Positions 38,177 through 64,000 of a DNA stretch of 64,000 nucleotides are shown here, piece after piece. The notes below the pieces were generated by a model. It saw nothing but the letters and a program-made list of their open reading frames with translations. It had not been told where the DNA came from and ran no database searches. Source of the stretch: Trichosphaerium sp. ATCC 40318 (taxonomy: Eukaryota > Protista > Tubulinea); the NCBI GenBank assembly GCA_038496445.1, contig JALMLS010000138.1:1-64000 (forward strand), read 5' to 3'. Each line of letters opens with the position of its first letter. Positions within the stretch are counted from its first letter, which is position 1. The position numbers and the translations under genes are program-made.

Positions 38177-41020
38177 TTACAACTTTCGTGCGCGTTCTAA
38201 TCCACGTTTAACACGCATTGATACCATCTAATAAAAAATCACGTCAGATAAAAGAAAAAAAGTCCACGTGGAAATGTTTTTTTAGAACAAAAACAAACAA
38301 ACAATACCTTGTAGAAATCGTAATCTCCTGGAAATGCTTTTGCTCTATTATACAACTTTTTTGCTTCTGAAACATCTTTTAACTCTAATGACATATCTGC
38401 ATACTCAACACATGACATTGGTATTACATAACGTTCTATTTTCAACTGAGACTCAAGCTTCCACAACTCCTCAAAAGTTGCTTTTGCCTGGCAAGGGAAA
38501 AAGAGTCAATATTTGAAACAAGTTTATGTTGTATACCTTGTCGTGTTGTTTAAGTCCTTTGTAATTACTACCTCTAAAATAGAGTTGTAATGCTTCACAT
38601 TCAACCTTTGGTTGAGTTCCATTGTAGTCTTGTAACAACTTCAGTGCTTCATCAAGAAGTTCTTTACAAAATAACATTAGCAAAAACGATTCGATTATTA
38701 AAACAGCAATATGACTGTTGAATCGAGAAGTAGCGTTATTAATATACCTTGTGATTGATCGTATTTACGTGCTTCCCATAGACAAGCTACTTTGATAATA
38801 CATTGATCAAACTCAGAAAAACCATCAATTTTTTGGTACTGCTCAGTCAACCTTAGGGCATAGACGTCATAGTTCATCTTCTTATCAACAAGCGCAGCTA
38901 CTGCATCAAAGTGAACCTTGGCTTCATCTAGAGTAATACTTTAGAACAAAGTATAGGTAAAGAAGATAGCAAGGGGGCTTGAAATGAAAAGAAAATCGCT
39001 TGCCTTTTTTACCACTTATCCATTTACAAAACCCAAGTTTGAACGTCCCATACGCCTTGTATTGTCTATTATGTGATAATGTAAGGTATCTAAAATATAT
39101 GGTTAGACAAATAACTATTTTGTGGTTTATTTTGAGAAAGAGGTCGTCAATTCTAAAAAAGTGAATTCGAGACGCAAGTCATTTTTTCACTACACCTGAT
39201 CTTCTCTGAAAGGTCAACGCCTGAATGTCATTGGACATGCCAGGGAACTAACATATTTGATAACTTTCAGAGGTAAGGTATTCACACATAGCGAAAAAAC
39301 CGACAATTCAGAGGTAAAGGTCATCAAAGAAAAAATACCTTTCAAAAAGAGGAATAGCTCTTTCGAAATCAAGAGTCAACCAATAGTTATTGCCAAGCTC
39401 ATACTCAATTGAGTATTGTAGCTGTGGTAGTTGTGAAGTATTTTCAATGCATTTCTCATATAGAACTGTAGAGTCATCTAGTCGTCCATCACGTTGGTAC
39501 CTACAACTCTTCAGTTAATGTTGAAACTGTACGGCCTAAAAAAAAAGCAGCTGCCTGTGTTCAATTAAGTATGGCAGTGCTGAGTGGGTTCAAGCAACTA
39601 TTGACAAATCGTACATGCGTCCAAATACTTGCATGATAAGAGCTGATGTTGGATACTCTGCAAGTAGTTCATCCTTTACATCATCATACTCTTTGTCGCT
39701 CAGAAAATACCACCTAAAAGATATTAAATATCTTGAGCTTAGAGAGGGACACTCTCATTTACTTACTTGTGTAGTATCAATATAATTTTAGCTAGAGTGT
39801 TTCTAGCGCAACCACATGATGCACAAAATCTGTACAAAGTGTCAGGAAGGTCAACATGAATTAATAAATAATGTTAAAATTTCGTACTCAAGTGCTTGTA
39901 AACCTCCTTCGCGGTTTGCAGTGAATCCAATAAGTTGAATAAACCTATCAATCATGTATCTTAGTGCCGAGTAAGAGTATCATACTAAAAATAACATACC
40001 ATAGCCATTGATGAGGTACCAAAGATACACCAAAATTAAACATGCCGACACCAAATTTGACACGTCCTTCGAACCTGTTAAGGAGCGCAGTAGGCCTTTG
40101 TAAAGCCTCAAAAAATCCGTCACCATGTGATTTAACTAATAGGGATATTAGAATCCAAATACAAGAAGCCTCAAGTCAGTGAAAAATGGCAAAAGAATGC
40201 AACAGGTAAAACAAAAGTAGTTGTTATTTCTGAACAAAATAATAAAATGTTAGTTACCATGTGATGCAATTCTTGGTCGCAGTTCACACCACAACTTCTC
40301 TGCTTCTGCGAAATACTTCCAACTTGATCTTGGCATAGTTAGTTCAGAGTTGAATACGCTATTAAGAGCAGTCATACCTTATATTCAAGCCAATATTAAT
40401 CCAACTTCTGGTTTTTGCATAGAACGCCAAAAATCCCATTTTTATTTCTCCAAGAACAACCATGCTCTCGCCTACACCAGCACAAGTTAGTAAATGGAAG
40501 TGAAAATTAGTGCGTGTACAGTATCTGAATGCGCGTACAAGCTCCGCAAGCTCTTGTTCTGGTGTTCGGCGAGTGTCTGACTTGAAAAATTTGATAAATG
40601 ATCCTATGAGGGTTGCAGAGTCCTTGTTTGCGTCGTGGTATGTTTTAACAAACGCTTCAGTTTGGTGTAAGAATTTGATACTTTTTTCAACCTCTTCATC
40701 GCCTCCTAATAGTTTTTAAGCGAATTTAAAGCGTTTTGGCAGTCCGTAGCGGATAAATTAACGGAAGTAACTTGTCATCATGTACTAGTGCGTACCAGCA
40801 AAGTAACTTGCACATAGAGTGCTTTGAAGGTGATGTAAGCAAAACCAAATGTCGCTGAGTGAATGCTCTTCGAAAACGTCCACGCTCTCTTGTATATTAG
40901 TTTGCCACCAGTGGAATGACCCTTCCTGATACGCAACACATTATTAATGAGTTTGTAGTTATTACTCCTTCTACGTACGTCTAACAGATCAAAATACGAC
41001 TCAGCAGTTAGTTCCGCCAT
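38177..41020 (-). CDS. TTC39: TTC39/IML2-family TPR protein
   Basis: WINIGLNIRSSWKYF, GRVKFGVGMFNFGVSLVP, LLGFTANREGGLQAL, YVIPMSCVEYA, FPGDYDF..MRVKRGL. Confidence 0.8.
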
Positions 41021-41724
41021 TTGTCAAGCCAGTAAAGGAAGTGTCAACGGATGTTAGTTTGCCCGAGTACTGTTCTTGTAGCTTAATTAAACCTTTCTTA
41101 ATTTACTTTGAATGGAATTGGAAAGATGCATGTTTATAGGTTGCTGACTTGTTGTAGGACATATGATTTCCAACTTACGGAAGGTCTAGAATTTGACATT
41201 GCTACAATGTAATTTCGTTGACTTTTTTCCTTTTTTTTGTGCTGATCTACAGGAGTTCACAGAGCCTGAAACAGAGACTCGCGAGCGATGTACCAATAAT
41301 GGCAGCTTTTGATGAAGATGCAGGTTGAGTTAGTACGACTTCTTGTCCTTTTTTCATTTTCAAAAAATTGGGCTGGGTATTTTTAAGAGAAATCTCAAAC
41401 ACAAACCATAAAAACGGCAGCCATACTCTCAGTAGTGGTAGTTGTTTCAGTATTATAATAGCAATACAAGTTGTTCACAACAGGTTCGCAACACGAGACA
41501 TACACTGGTGGTATCAAGATTCCTTCAAAAAAAATTCCAGTACCAATTCCAAATGCAGGTCCTGTTACTAAAGTCAGAATAAGTTGAGAAGCTATTTAAC
41601 ATACACTTGAAAAGAATACGATTTGGAATGCAATCGCTCTCAACAATCCAAAAGTTAGAAAATTTTACGATGGCTTATAAATTGCCTATTTATTTAACTA
41701 ATTACTAATAAATCCAACTAGTTA

Positions 41725-43402
41725 CTAGATGACTCCACTGTATTGAATACCCATAGACTCAATAGCTTCTCGTGTAAGTTTGGTATTATTCAATCCTAAT
41801 GTAACATATTTTAAAGATGGCAAGTGCTTAAAGCAACCTTTTGTAATCTGTGGACAGAGATCCAGGGTTAAGCGCTCAAGGTTGACCAATGTCTTAAAAC
41901 CCAAGTCTGTTATCTCAGGGAAATCATTCAAATCAAGGTATTTGACATTGGTCAATGATTTGATTCCATCATCTGTTACCAAACTTCCGTCTTTGATATG
42001 GACAGTGTGTACATCACCAAGTTGTTTGAGCCATGAGTCTCTTGGTAAAGAAAGACTAATCTCATGAACGCCTTTGAGTGCTTTGATGCATTTACCTGAA
42101 ATATAACAATCATATAGGTTAATAGTGTGTACACCAGCAAGACTTTGTAGTGCTTCATCTGTCACTGATGTACAACGAAGGTTAATAGTATGAACACCTT
42201 TGAGTGCTTTCACTCCTTCATTTGTCACTGATGTACGACGAAGGTCAATAGTATGAACACCTGCAAGAGGTATAACACCTTCATCTGTAATTTGCTCGCA
42301 ATATCTCAAGTCAAGTGTATGAACTCCAACAAGTGCTTTCACTCCGTCATCAGTTATATTGGTGGTCTCAGAAAGGTTAATAGTGTGTGTACCAACAAGT
42401 GCTTTCACTCCTTCATCTGTCACCCCGGTGTTGTTCAAGTTAATAGTATGAACACCTTTGAGTGCTTTCACTCCTTCATCTCCCACTGCAGTCCAACAAA
42501 CGTCAATAGTATGAACACCTTTGAGTGCTTTCACTCCTTCATCTGTCACTCTGGTTTTGTTCAAGTTAATAGTATGAACACCTTTGAGTGCTTTCAATCC
42601 TTCATCTGTCACTGGTGTATCAGAAAGGGCAATTGTATGAACTCCAGCAAGTGCTTTGACACCTTCATCTGTCACTGATGTATGACAAAGGTAAATAGTA
42701 TGAACACCTTTGAGTGCTTTCACTCCTTCATCTCCCACTGCAGTCCAACAAACGTCAATAGTATGAACACCTTTGAGTGCTTTCACTCCTTCATCTGTCA
42801 CTCTGGTTTTGTTCAAGTTAATAGTATGAACACCTTTGAGTGCTTTCACTCCTTCATTTGTCACTGATGTACGACAAAGGTCAATAGTATGAACACCTGC
42901 AAGAGGTATAACGCCTTCATCTGTAATTTGCTCGCAATAGTTCAAGGTAATTGTGTGAACTCCAGCAAGTGCTTTGACACCTTCATCTGTCACTGATGTA
43001 TCAGAAAGGTCAATTGTATGAACTCCTGCAAATTGTTCCACAATCTTGTCAGAAGGAAACCTGAAAGCTCTATTATTTACTAAATCGATCATTGTGCGTT
43101 TCATGATTCCACAATGCTTTACAACTTGTTTTACTTGTTTTTCTGTTGTTATACGTATACTATGGTATCCAACAATGTCGTGAATGATAGAAGAAAGGAT
43201 ACGACATGTTTGACAAGCTGCAAATCGCGATTTGGTTGTGTGACTTAGAATAATCGCTATAATCTCAGCGGGCAGGTCCGGTAACGTTTTTTGAGTGCTT
43301 CAAATTATTTTAGAACGATACAATCAACAAAAACGTTTACCTTTGATTTAATGTATCATTCGCCAAATCACGCGGGTTTTTATTACCTTTTGTGCGATCC
43401 AT
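41725..43402 (-). CDS. F-box + 22-aa leucine-rich-repeat protein
   Basis: Short first exon MDRTKGNK.. spliced to F-box TLPDLPAEIIAIILSH, then an intronless exon with about 15 GVHTIxLxxTxVTDEGVKAL repeats. Confidence 0.88.
42080..43030 (-). repeat. Tandem 66-69 bp coding repeats (LRR array) with near-exact multi-repeat duplications
   Basis: Recurrent atagtatgaacacctttgagtgctttcactccttcatc units on the + strand. Confidence 0.92.
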
Positions 43403-43504
43403 GGTGCCACGTGTACTTATTAATTGATTTGGTTTGACTAACTTACGAAAAATGTCAACACGTGTACTTATTGCGGAATAGCTCACCGAGCACCCAGACG
43501 GAGA

Positions 43505-44014
43505 ATTTAGGGCGTGCCTTCACCGCATGGTTTGGCGAGTAAGAAACAGTCTGGGGTGCTAGAGAATGTCAGAAAAGGTTTAAAACTGTTTTTTAAAAAG
43601 CGGCTTGTGTGGAGTGGATAATGTTGTATCTATGCCAATGTAAAAACAAGTACCTGGTGCGTTAAGATTCGGACCCACGTTTTTTCCGAATTTTTCGAAA
43701 GAAAAAATTCGAAAAAATAGAATTCGATACAAAAACCGAATGCCTATACCCACCAATGGATCACTATAAGTGAGCGAAGGTCGGGTTCTAGTTCCGAGCA
43801 CAGTGAGGACCCGACCGTAAGTGAACCAGGCGCTTTCTAGTTTAGTGGACTGCCCTAGCTATGCATCTTTCTACACTTTCGAATTGTTGTTTTCGGAAAA
43901 TTCGGAAAAAACTATAGCCCCTTAAGATTTTCCATGCTGCCTCTTTGGTGGGGACAACAGATATACATGAGCGGATACAACACAGATAAGTAGAGCGAGA
44001 AGTAGAACTTTCAT
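43505..44014 (-). pseudogene. Truncated, frameshifted, transposon-interrupted inverted copy of the His-brace gene at 31523
   Basis: Exon 1 closely matches 31523-31625 with a 2-nt deletion (ccccaccaaagagg vs ccccacaccaaagagg); intron 1 ends retained; exon 2 remnant DCFLLAKPCG, then a stop. Confidence 0.88.
43670..43921. mobile_element. 252-bp non-autonomous DNA transposon (MITE-like) with 8-bp TSD
   Basis: TSD ttaagatt at 43662-43669 and 43922-43929, single-copy (aatcttaa) in the intact paralogue; imperfect TIRs sharing gttttttccgaattttYcgaaa..aattcgaaa. Confidence 0.88.
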
Positions 44015-44306
44015 TTGGTACAAGTTTGTTGAGTGAAAAACAGTTTTTGACTGAAACTCTACTGCAAAATCACGTATCTCTGCTATATTTGTGAAACATA
44101 ACCATTCTTGTACATCAGTAATACAGTTCGGGACAACAATATGAACGTTTTTTAAACAAACCAAACATAACAATAAGGCGCAATTTTTTATCGCTGTTTT
44201 TAGAGAGGGGAGAAAATCGGAGTGGAAAAGAAAGTATACAATTTGAACTACAATTGGATAGTACTTTTATGTTTGTAGTACAAGCTGGTGTCTTGATTAC
44301 AAAGTC

Positions 44307-45673
44307 TTACATCTTTATTTTGTACAGTTTACCTCTTGCTATACAAAAGTATAATGTACCTTCTCTATAAAGTAAACTTTCTACTTCTCTTGGATACATA
44401 CCATTTGGTAATACTATATTCAACTTTACAGTCTCTCTGAATTGTTCACGTAAAAACATTTTAAAAATGCAATTTGATGTTCCAACAAATAAGTTACCAC
44501 GTTCATCAAAGGCAAGGCTATAAATAGTAATTCTATCCATGTCAAGAAGAGTGAATATACGTGTATCTGTTGCAACACGAAGAATACCTGAATCGATAAA
44601 GTATATGTCATTACTGAACCAAAAACAAAAAGTCAGAAAAAATCAAGAAAAAAAGTTAACATGTGCCTTTTTGGATCTAATGCCAAGTTTGTCGGTTCTG
44701 CCAAAAGAGCATCTTTTCTTGAACCATCTAGTTGATGTTTAGCACGAAACATACTCTCAGGGCATTTTCCTATCTCTGTAGAGACGAAAGAGTTCTTGAT
44801 ATTCAATGAACGAATACACCTGTTGTGAGAATCACCAATAAGCAAGTTTCCTTTTGGTCCATAACAAATACCATCTGGATAATAGAATGTAGCTTTATTG
44901 CCTATACCATCAGAATAACCACGTGATATTGTACCAGCAATTTGGGTAACTTGATTTTGGTCTAGATCGAGCTTGACGACTTTATGGTGATTTCTGTCAC
45001 ATAAGAAAACTATATTATCGGATTTGGATGAAGTTATAGCTGCTGTTGCTACAAAAGTATACTTCGACTTTGTGTTTGCGCATTTCACCTCTAGTAAGCT
45101 TCTTTTATTCTTATTAAGATCTATTAAGGATAACCACTTGCAATGAAAGTCGATAACGAGAAGCTAACACCAGTATCAGCAAAAAACTTTCATTTTTTAG
45201 AGGAGAAAAACTTATCGAACTTTCTGGGACAATCACGTGCTCCAACTGTTTTTTAAAGGCGGGATTATTAACGTACCGAATTTGAGGCGCAATAAGCTAG
45301 TCCTACGATACGAGAAAACTCATCTGAAACCAACTCTGCTTTGAGCACCTTACGAGCCTAAAAACGAAGAGATTAGAATGGAAACGGCGAGTTTAACGTT
45401 TCTCCACAACATCAAGTTCTTTTAAAGTAACTATATTAAATTATGATAGATATAATGTATTCGAGCTACTAGCGAGCGTTTTGAGCGTTTATTTTATTTT
45501 GTTTTTAACGTTTCGTTTAAAAAGTGTACCTGTAGAAGTCTATGATCTATAAGGTAGTCGTTCAAGCGTCGGCAAGCGTTATACCATAATATCAGGTCAG
45601 AACTTGTACACCAGGAAAATATTTCAATTAGAAGCTCTACTGGTAGCTCTAGAAGCTTAAGTGCATCAGCCAT
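44307..45673 (-). CDS. F-box + NHL-repeat beta-propeller protein
   Basis: F-box LLELPVELLIEIFSW; NHL repeats CDRNHHKVVKLD..IAG..GYSDGIGNKATFYYPDGIC..LLIGDSHNRCIR. Confidence 0.85.
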
Positions 45674-46052
45674 GGAACGTTTAGGGTACAATGGCTTTGG
45701 GTGTCTGTAAAAAACCGGCCAAATTCACACCCAAATTCTTGTCGGGGAAAAAAAGAGCGGATGGCGCACTTAATTAAGTGTCTGAGTGAATAAACAAAGG
45801 ACTTGGAAGATCTGTTGGGTTAACGAGAAGGCGATACAATAGGCGAAACCAAGGAAACACAGCCGATAAAAGAGAAACGAAAGTAGACTTTATCAATGCT
45901 CTACTTACGTGCATGTACATTAGAGTCAATGTAACTATAGATTCAAGAAGCGTGACCAATCTACAAAAAATTGAAGATAAACAGAAGGATGTTGGGAACA
46001 AAACATCGGAATGCAAGAGGTCAAGGTTTTTCTTGATTTTTTATTGGTTTAA

Positions 46053-49000
46053 TTAACCATCTATAGCACTTAATTGACTACTGTATGTGTCAACAGCTGG
46101 TAGCCCTAAACGCGAAGAAATGTATTAGCATTTCATTACTAACAACCGAAGAGGTAGGTAAGTGTACCTGAAACATATAAAGTAAAGTCATAGTTGTAAA
46201 TGCTGTTTACAGCACCGCTTTTAACAGCATCTCTAAACTGTCTTGCGTATGTATCTGGAACAATAAAGAATAAGTCTGTTCCTTTTTCAGGTTTTACAGT
46301 ATCTAGTTCTAGGTACCAGTTACCTAGAACAGTAACTTCCCAACCTTAAAAAAAAGTAAGTACATAAACTTGATAAACAACTTTTTGATGTTTCGCTTTG
46401 TTTAATAGCCACAGCGTGGTACCAGAATATCACTTCATTGATGTAACAGAAGTGTTACAAAATTGAGTACAAAGGCATAGTACTGTGAAGCGATGTGGGA
46501 GGTGGGGGGCAGTACGAAAACATCCTGAACTTTTTTTTTTTTTTTGATTACAAAAGTAGAATTTGAAAGGTTGGTAAGTTATAACGTACGAACTGCGTCT
46601 GTACTAGCAGCAATCTTTTTAATAACGGATAATTTTAATACATTGCGCAGAATCTTTGGTATTACTGCTGAAAAGTGAAGGTGTACTACTGCTTGAACTT
46701 TAAAAAAAAACCCATAAGTAATTGTAAACAACAAAGAAAAAACCAAACAAACAACGTACTCTCACCAACCAATGTCTTGTTTGGTTTTACAGTAGCTAAA
46801 GAAATAGTGAATACATTCCAACTTGCAGTTAATTAAAATAATGTCCTCTTGGAGTGAAGACAAGAGGAGAAAAAACGAGATTGGATTTGAAGGTAATTTG
46901 TTTGAAGCCAAGGTTCATCAGGTCAAGCGCAAAACTTTCGTGCACGTGCATTCAGTATAACAATGGCTTCTGTCTTCGCCGTCAAATTGTCTATTTACTC
47001 CGTAGGTCTCATAAGTGCCATTTATGACACCGACTATACGTTCGACCATGTTATCAAGCCAGTATAGTTTATAAGGCTTTCTACCAATATTATCGGCTGT
47101 TGAGAAGCAAGAATGTGGTACACCACACTCATTGCTGTCATCAGTTACGTTGCATCCGTATCTAACACGATACATGCACATATTTACCTGAAATGAAAGT
47201 GTTGTTAAGAAGGAACTGAAAGAAACGTAAAACAAAAAACGTACATTACTTCCACTGGTGTTTAGTGCTCTACCAGCGGCCCATGAAAGAGCGTTTCTAG
47301 TCATTCCATCTGTTTGAACCTAAGATTATAAATATAATGGTAATGTAACATAGAACAGAGTGATAAAAAAAAAGTGTTAAAATCCGAAGCGGTTTTTTTT
47401 TTTGATTTCTCGATTAATAATTAGAGTAACATCAGATAAATACGCACAGTAATTATCTCAGTTTGTATAGGTGGTGTAGATGCACTTTCGTAAATACTGA
47501 GTTCACCCACAGTATGTGCTGCACCAAGATTTGAAACTAAGTAACTAAGAAAAAAATAAGAATATATTTACTCGTTTATAATAGTGTTAGAGTACCTGCA
47601 GTATCCTCCTCGGTGGTGTTCATCTCTATCTACTGTACATTTATCACCCCAAGACATTACTTTCAAAAGTAGGTCTTTGAGCTAAGCTTATTATCAGCAC
47701 CCAAAATTGTAATTTTTTTCTTAGACGCACTTGTTTTTTGTTGATAAATGGAAACGTTTTCTGTTCTTGTATGGCTTGTGATAGTATTGAGCGAAATACT
47801 ATCTGTAGTTGAGCATAGCCACCGCTAAATATTTCTGTAAGTAATGGTTTGAAGAGAACAGCAAGGAGCAAGTCGTACCGTAGTGAAGCATGTTCTTTAT
47901 CCAAATAGTTTGAAATAATTTTTTCTAATGATTTAACTACGGTAGGAGGAACATATATATTATCTCCGCCTATACCACCAGCAAGAGTTTTTTCTACAAA
48001 GACCTTTACGCACTTTGCTAGATTTGTTTCATTTCTATCACAATCTCTAACATAGCGATCAAGGCTACCCATAGATACTCCAAGGAAAGGGTTAAATGAA
48101 AGTTGTTTAGAATATAGACCTGGTGCCTGAATAAAATTAGTAAAATAGCGAGCTACAGCTTCAGATTTTGACTTAGCAATCACACAAAGTGATAAAAAAG
48201 CAAATGTTTCAATAAAAGAAGTTTGACACATTGCAAAAAAGCACAATGTGTCAAAACTCTACTTGTTTCTTTTTCTCAAATTATAGAGTATTAAATAACT
48301 TGTAACCTCAATCAAGTGATTCTTTTGGCTTGACACGCAAACAGTAATTAGAAACTGGTTTTTTGTGTAAAAAAGAAAAGACTGAAAAAAAAAACTGTTG
48401 CCAACAGTTACGAAACATCAAATAGCCCTCAGGCATGATTTTGGCTTCAAGGCCATTTGAGAGTTTGTTTGTAAAATTGTGTATAATCACAACAACTAAC
48501 CGGTGTAGTTGACCATTAACCGCATGTACAATAATTGGTAAAAAATAATAGTAATAAAAACTCACCCTTGCGGTTGCAAGCAGCGTAAGTGCTCCACCTA
48601 AGCTCAATCCAAATGTGCTCACAGGTACTTTAGAGCCAATATTATGTAGTTCCTATTTTATTCGTTAAAAAAGAATAAAGGCACAGATTGAGAGGAACTC
48701 ACTTGTCTTGTAATATCATTGACTGTGTCAACGAATTCGACGTATCCAGCGGCGTTTTCAGGGAGTACTGCGTAAATAGTATTATTAAAGTCTCCACACT
48801 ATTGTTTACTATGCGCACGTTCTACTGGATCTCCATTAGCGCATTTGGAGCTTGATACGCAATCATTAAGCAGCCTTCCATGACCAACGGTTAAAGGTAC
48901 TAAAACAAGGTAACCGTCGTCCTGAAGTGCTTTTGAAGCCTTGGTCATAGCGTCTGGGCACGCTACTCAGAATTTAAGCGAATAATCGTTAATCCGTTAT

Positions 49001-49446
49001 GTACCTGTGAAACCGTGGAAAATAACTACAACGCCCTATTTGTATACATTATTAACGCACTTTTTGTACTGGGTCAACTTACTTTTGGTTTGGAGGCTGG
49101 TATCCATTTCTGAGGCAAGCACTGTTCCTGTCTACCCGTTAAAAGTGGGCATGCGTGTTGTTGCCATTTGCTAAACAGAATTATCAGTGGAATAAGCAGT
49201 ATAAGCTTACAACAGCTGCGATGTTACTGGCGCGTTGATGTAACCACAAAACAAGCAACAGTATTCTTTTTTACGGTTTTAAATGCAACGTTACCTCCAA
49301 TCACCTTTAGGTGTACTAGAACAAGATCGCTCAAGATCTTGAGGCTGTCCGTTAGCGCCAAGTACAAAAAAGACCAAAACGAATAATCTAATAACTGCGT
49401 TACTCAATAGTTACTATTTATCGCGTAATAAGTACGTTATGCTCAT
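46053..49446 (-). CDS. Secreted class-3 lipase-like alpha/beta hydrolase
   Basis: Signal peptide MSITLFVLVFFVLGANG, VVVIFHGF strand, nucleophile elbow TFGLSLGGAL; internal exon boundaries uncertain. Confidence 0.65.
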
Positions 49447-49509
49447 TCTACTGAGGAGCGGAAACATTCTAATGCAGTCGCACTTCAACGAAGTTTGACT
49501 GTTTGCTGA

Positions 49510-50469
49510 ATGGCAAAGCAGCAAGTCTTCCACTGTGACAACGCAATGTGTACACAAACACCTCGTGAAAAACATTTTGCGTATCAGTTTATTGGTCCTT
49601 TAATGATCTCGTTAGAACACCAAAGCACTTTAAATACGTTGAAGTGCTTATTTTATTACTTCTTAGGTATGTCCAAACAGTTTAGACTGTGTGAAACTTA
49701 CAGTTAACGTTTTAGGAATAATCAACCATCTAATAGGACGAAAATGGGCTGCTATGACTTACTACAAGTTGTCGTATCAGTGTCTACATATATCACTCGT
49801 TTTAGCGTCATTGGCGTACCGTGAATACATAAAACTATCAAAACAAATTCTTAACGAAAAAGAAAAATATCTTTGAAACGAAATCATGACTTATGGGTGA
49901 GATCGAGACTTGATGATTTGTTTGGAGGACGTTATCTACAGCTTGGGTTTTATTGCCACTTGTCTGGTGAAACACCTCTTCATGGATGTATAGAGTTTTT
50001 AGAAACTTACAACACGTACTTTAAGTCATCAACAGAATTTTTGTTTAAGTTGGGGTTTTATATCGAATACCAAGATAAGAACCATTCACAACCACGACGG
50101 AATATGAAAGATTTAATGAAGCATTTTGAAGAGGAGTATATATCATATTACCATGATACTGCTCCATTATGGAGACAAAGGAAATACGAAAATTTTAAGA
50201 ATACGCAACCACGGATATGTAAATCGTTCGATTCTCTTTTTGTTTATTTACGAAAGATAAATCACTGGGGAGTTTATGAGGTAATAGATGTGTTTTTTAG
50301 AGTAATCTATGGAGAAACCATATGTAAGTGTAGTGATAATTCTCAAAGGGTACAAATTTCAAGGTTAAGGAAAGGGCAGAGCTATTCTTTAGGCAATGTA
50401 AAGTATTTTTTAATGTATGAAGACGGTTATGTTTCTATTCCTGGCAAGGAATTAATATTTATACCCTGA
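49510..50469 (+). CDS. Hypothetical protein (start uncertain)
   Basis: 198-codon open frame 49873-50469 followed by AATAAA; no recognisable domain. Confidence 0.45.
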
Positions 50470-50628
50470 ACGTGGTTTATGTTCGAATAAAAGTTCTTGG
50501 GCTCAATAGTGTTCTTTCAGAATGACTTGTTGTTGTTAGTAATTAACATACATCAAACAATCATCAAGGTTTATGTACATTATTCTTTTACATTTTTTTG
50601 TTCTTTTTGAGTTTACATGTAAGACTTT

Positions 50629-63305
<12,677 letters not shown>

Positions 63306-63602
63306 ATTTACAACCGTATTGTTTTAGTGTCGCCTGCATATCTCTATCAAAATTAACTTTTTTGACTTTGGTGATTTTTTTTGGCAGAAATTTCGAGTTT
63401 TTTCGGCAATTCTCACCATTCTTTCACTCTGCACTAGAACTATCTGGTTGGGATCAATGTGTTTGTCTCCTACTGAGATTGTCTTAGGTGTAATATTGGT
63501 CTTAAGACCATATTCTGCCTTTTTGTACCAACAAAGTACAAAAAAGTCAATTCAGCGTATTGCTCCAATCAATTAACCGCTTGCATCAAAACTGTTGCTC
63601 TT

Positions 63603-64000
63603 ATGGCTAAGAAACATGATTTGGAAAGCATTTTAGACGAATTTGGCATAGAAAAGTATTATCGCACAATGAAAAACGTAACAACACCTCTAGAGACGTT
63701 GATAAGATACAAACACTACAAAGCAGCTATAAGGTTAGTTCATGCCTACTCAAACAACGGTTTTGCTAGTGCTATTGACATAAGTACGTCTATTACTCCC
63801 CAAGCGCGTAAATTAACGTATTTACAACGTTTAGAGTCATTACTACCAATTATCGTTTCAGCACGCAAAGTTCGTTGGTCAATAAAAGTAGAACTCTTGG
63901 AACTTATGATTCGGGAGCTGGTTGAAGCACATTCTATTTCATTTGAAACAGCAAACTTTATTGTAGAATACGCTTGTAAATCAGGAAAGCTATGGTTTTT
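63603..64000 (+). CDS. Hypothetical protein, 3'-partial, divergent from ATR
   Basis: ATG 63603 MAKKHDLESILDEFGIEKYY.. with GT-AG-bounded exons running off the window. Confidence 0.45.
   Translation, partial: MAKKHDLESILDEFGIEKYYRTMKNVTTPLETLIRYKHYKAAIRLVHAYSNNGFASAIDISTSITPQARKLTYLQRLESLLPIIVSARKVRWSIKVELLELMIRELVEAHSISFETANFIVEYACKSGKLWF

Noticed and set aside
41110-41590. Small plus-strand gene divergent from TTC39
   Set aside because: Splice-like signals exist but the frames I tried hit stops or lacked a clear start.
41780-42867. Plus-strand repetitive Cys/His-rich ORFs
   Set aside because: Antisense shadows of the LRR array.

Overview
Gene-dense, AT-rich eukaryotic (protist, probably amoebozoan) nuclear DNA with many short spliceosomal introns (mostly about 35-150 nt), so the supplied ORF track is fragmentary and I spliced gene models by eye. 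Conserved genes: MED31, CK2 alpha, proteasome ATPase RPT5/PSMC3, an ABP34-family actin-bundling protein, ARP5, TTC39/IML2 and a ~12.7 kb ATR kinase gene. Lineage-specific content: a CYP4-clan-like P450 with an apparent I-helix frameshift, a protein of ~72-aa Trp-rich repeats fused to a PD-(D/E)XK nuclease-like domain, three tandem mosaic GPI-type surface-protein genes, an ankyrin + coiled-coil + PARP-like gene, a secreted histidine-brace (LPMO-like) protein plus an inverted pseudogene copy carrying a 252-bp TIR element with an 8-bp TSD, a follistatin/Kazal protein, four F-box genes and a secreted class-3 lipase. Non-coding patterns: CACGTG enrichment including a recurrent intronic CACGTG-N6-CACGTG dyad, frequent GC-AG introns, and a hairpin-rich 188-bp tandem repeat inside imperfect inverted repeats. 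I found no rRNA, tRNA or CRISPR array. Gene boundaries are manual and may be off by a few bases; family assignments come from motif recognition, not database searches.
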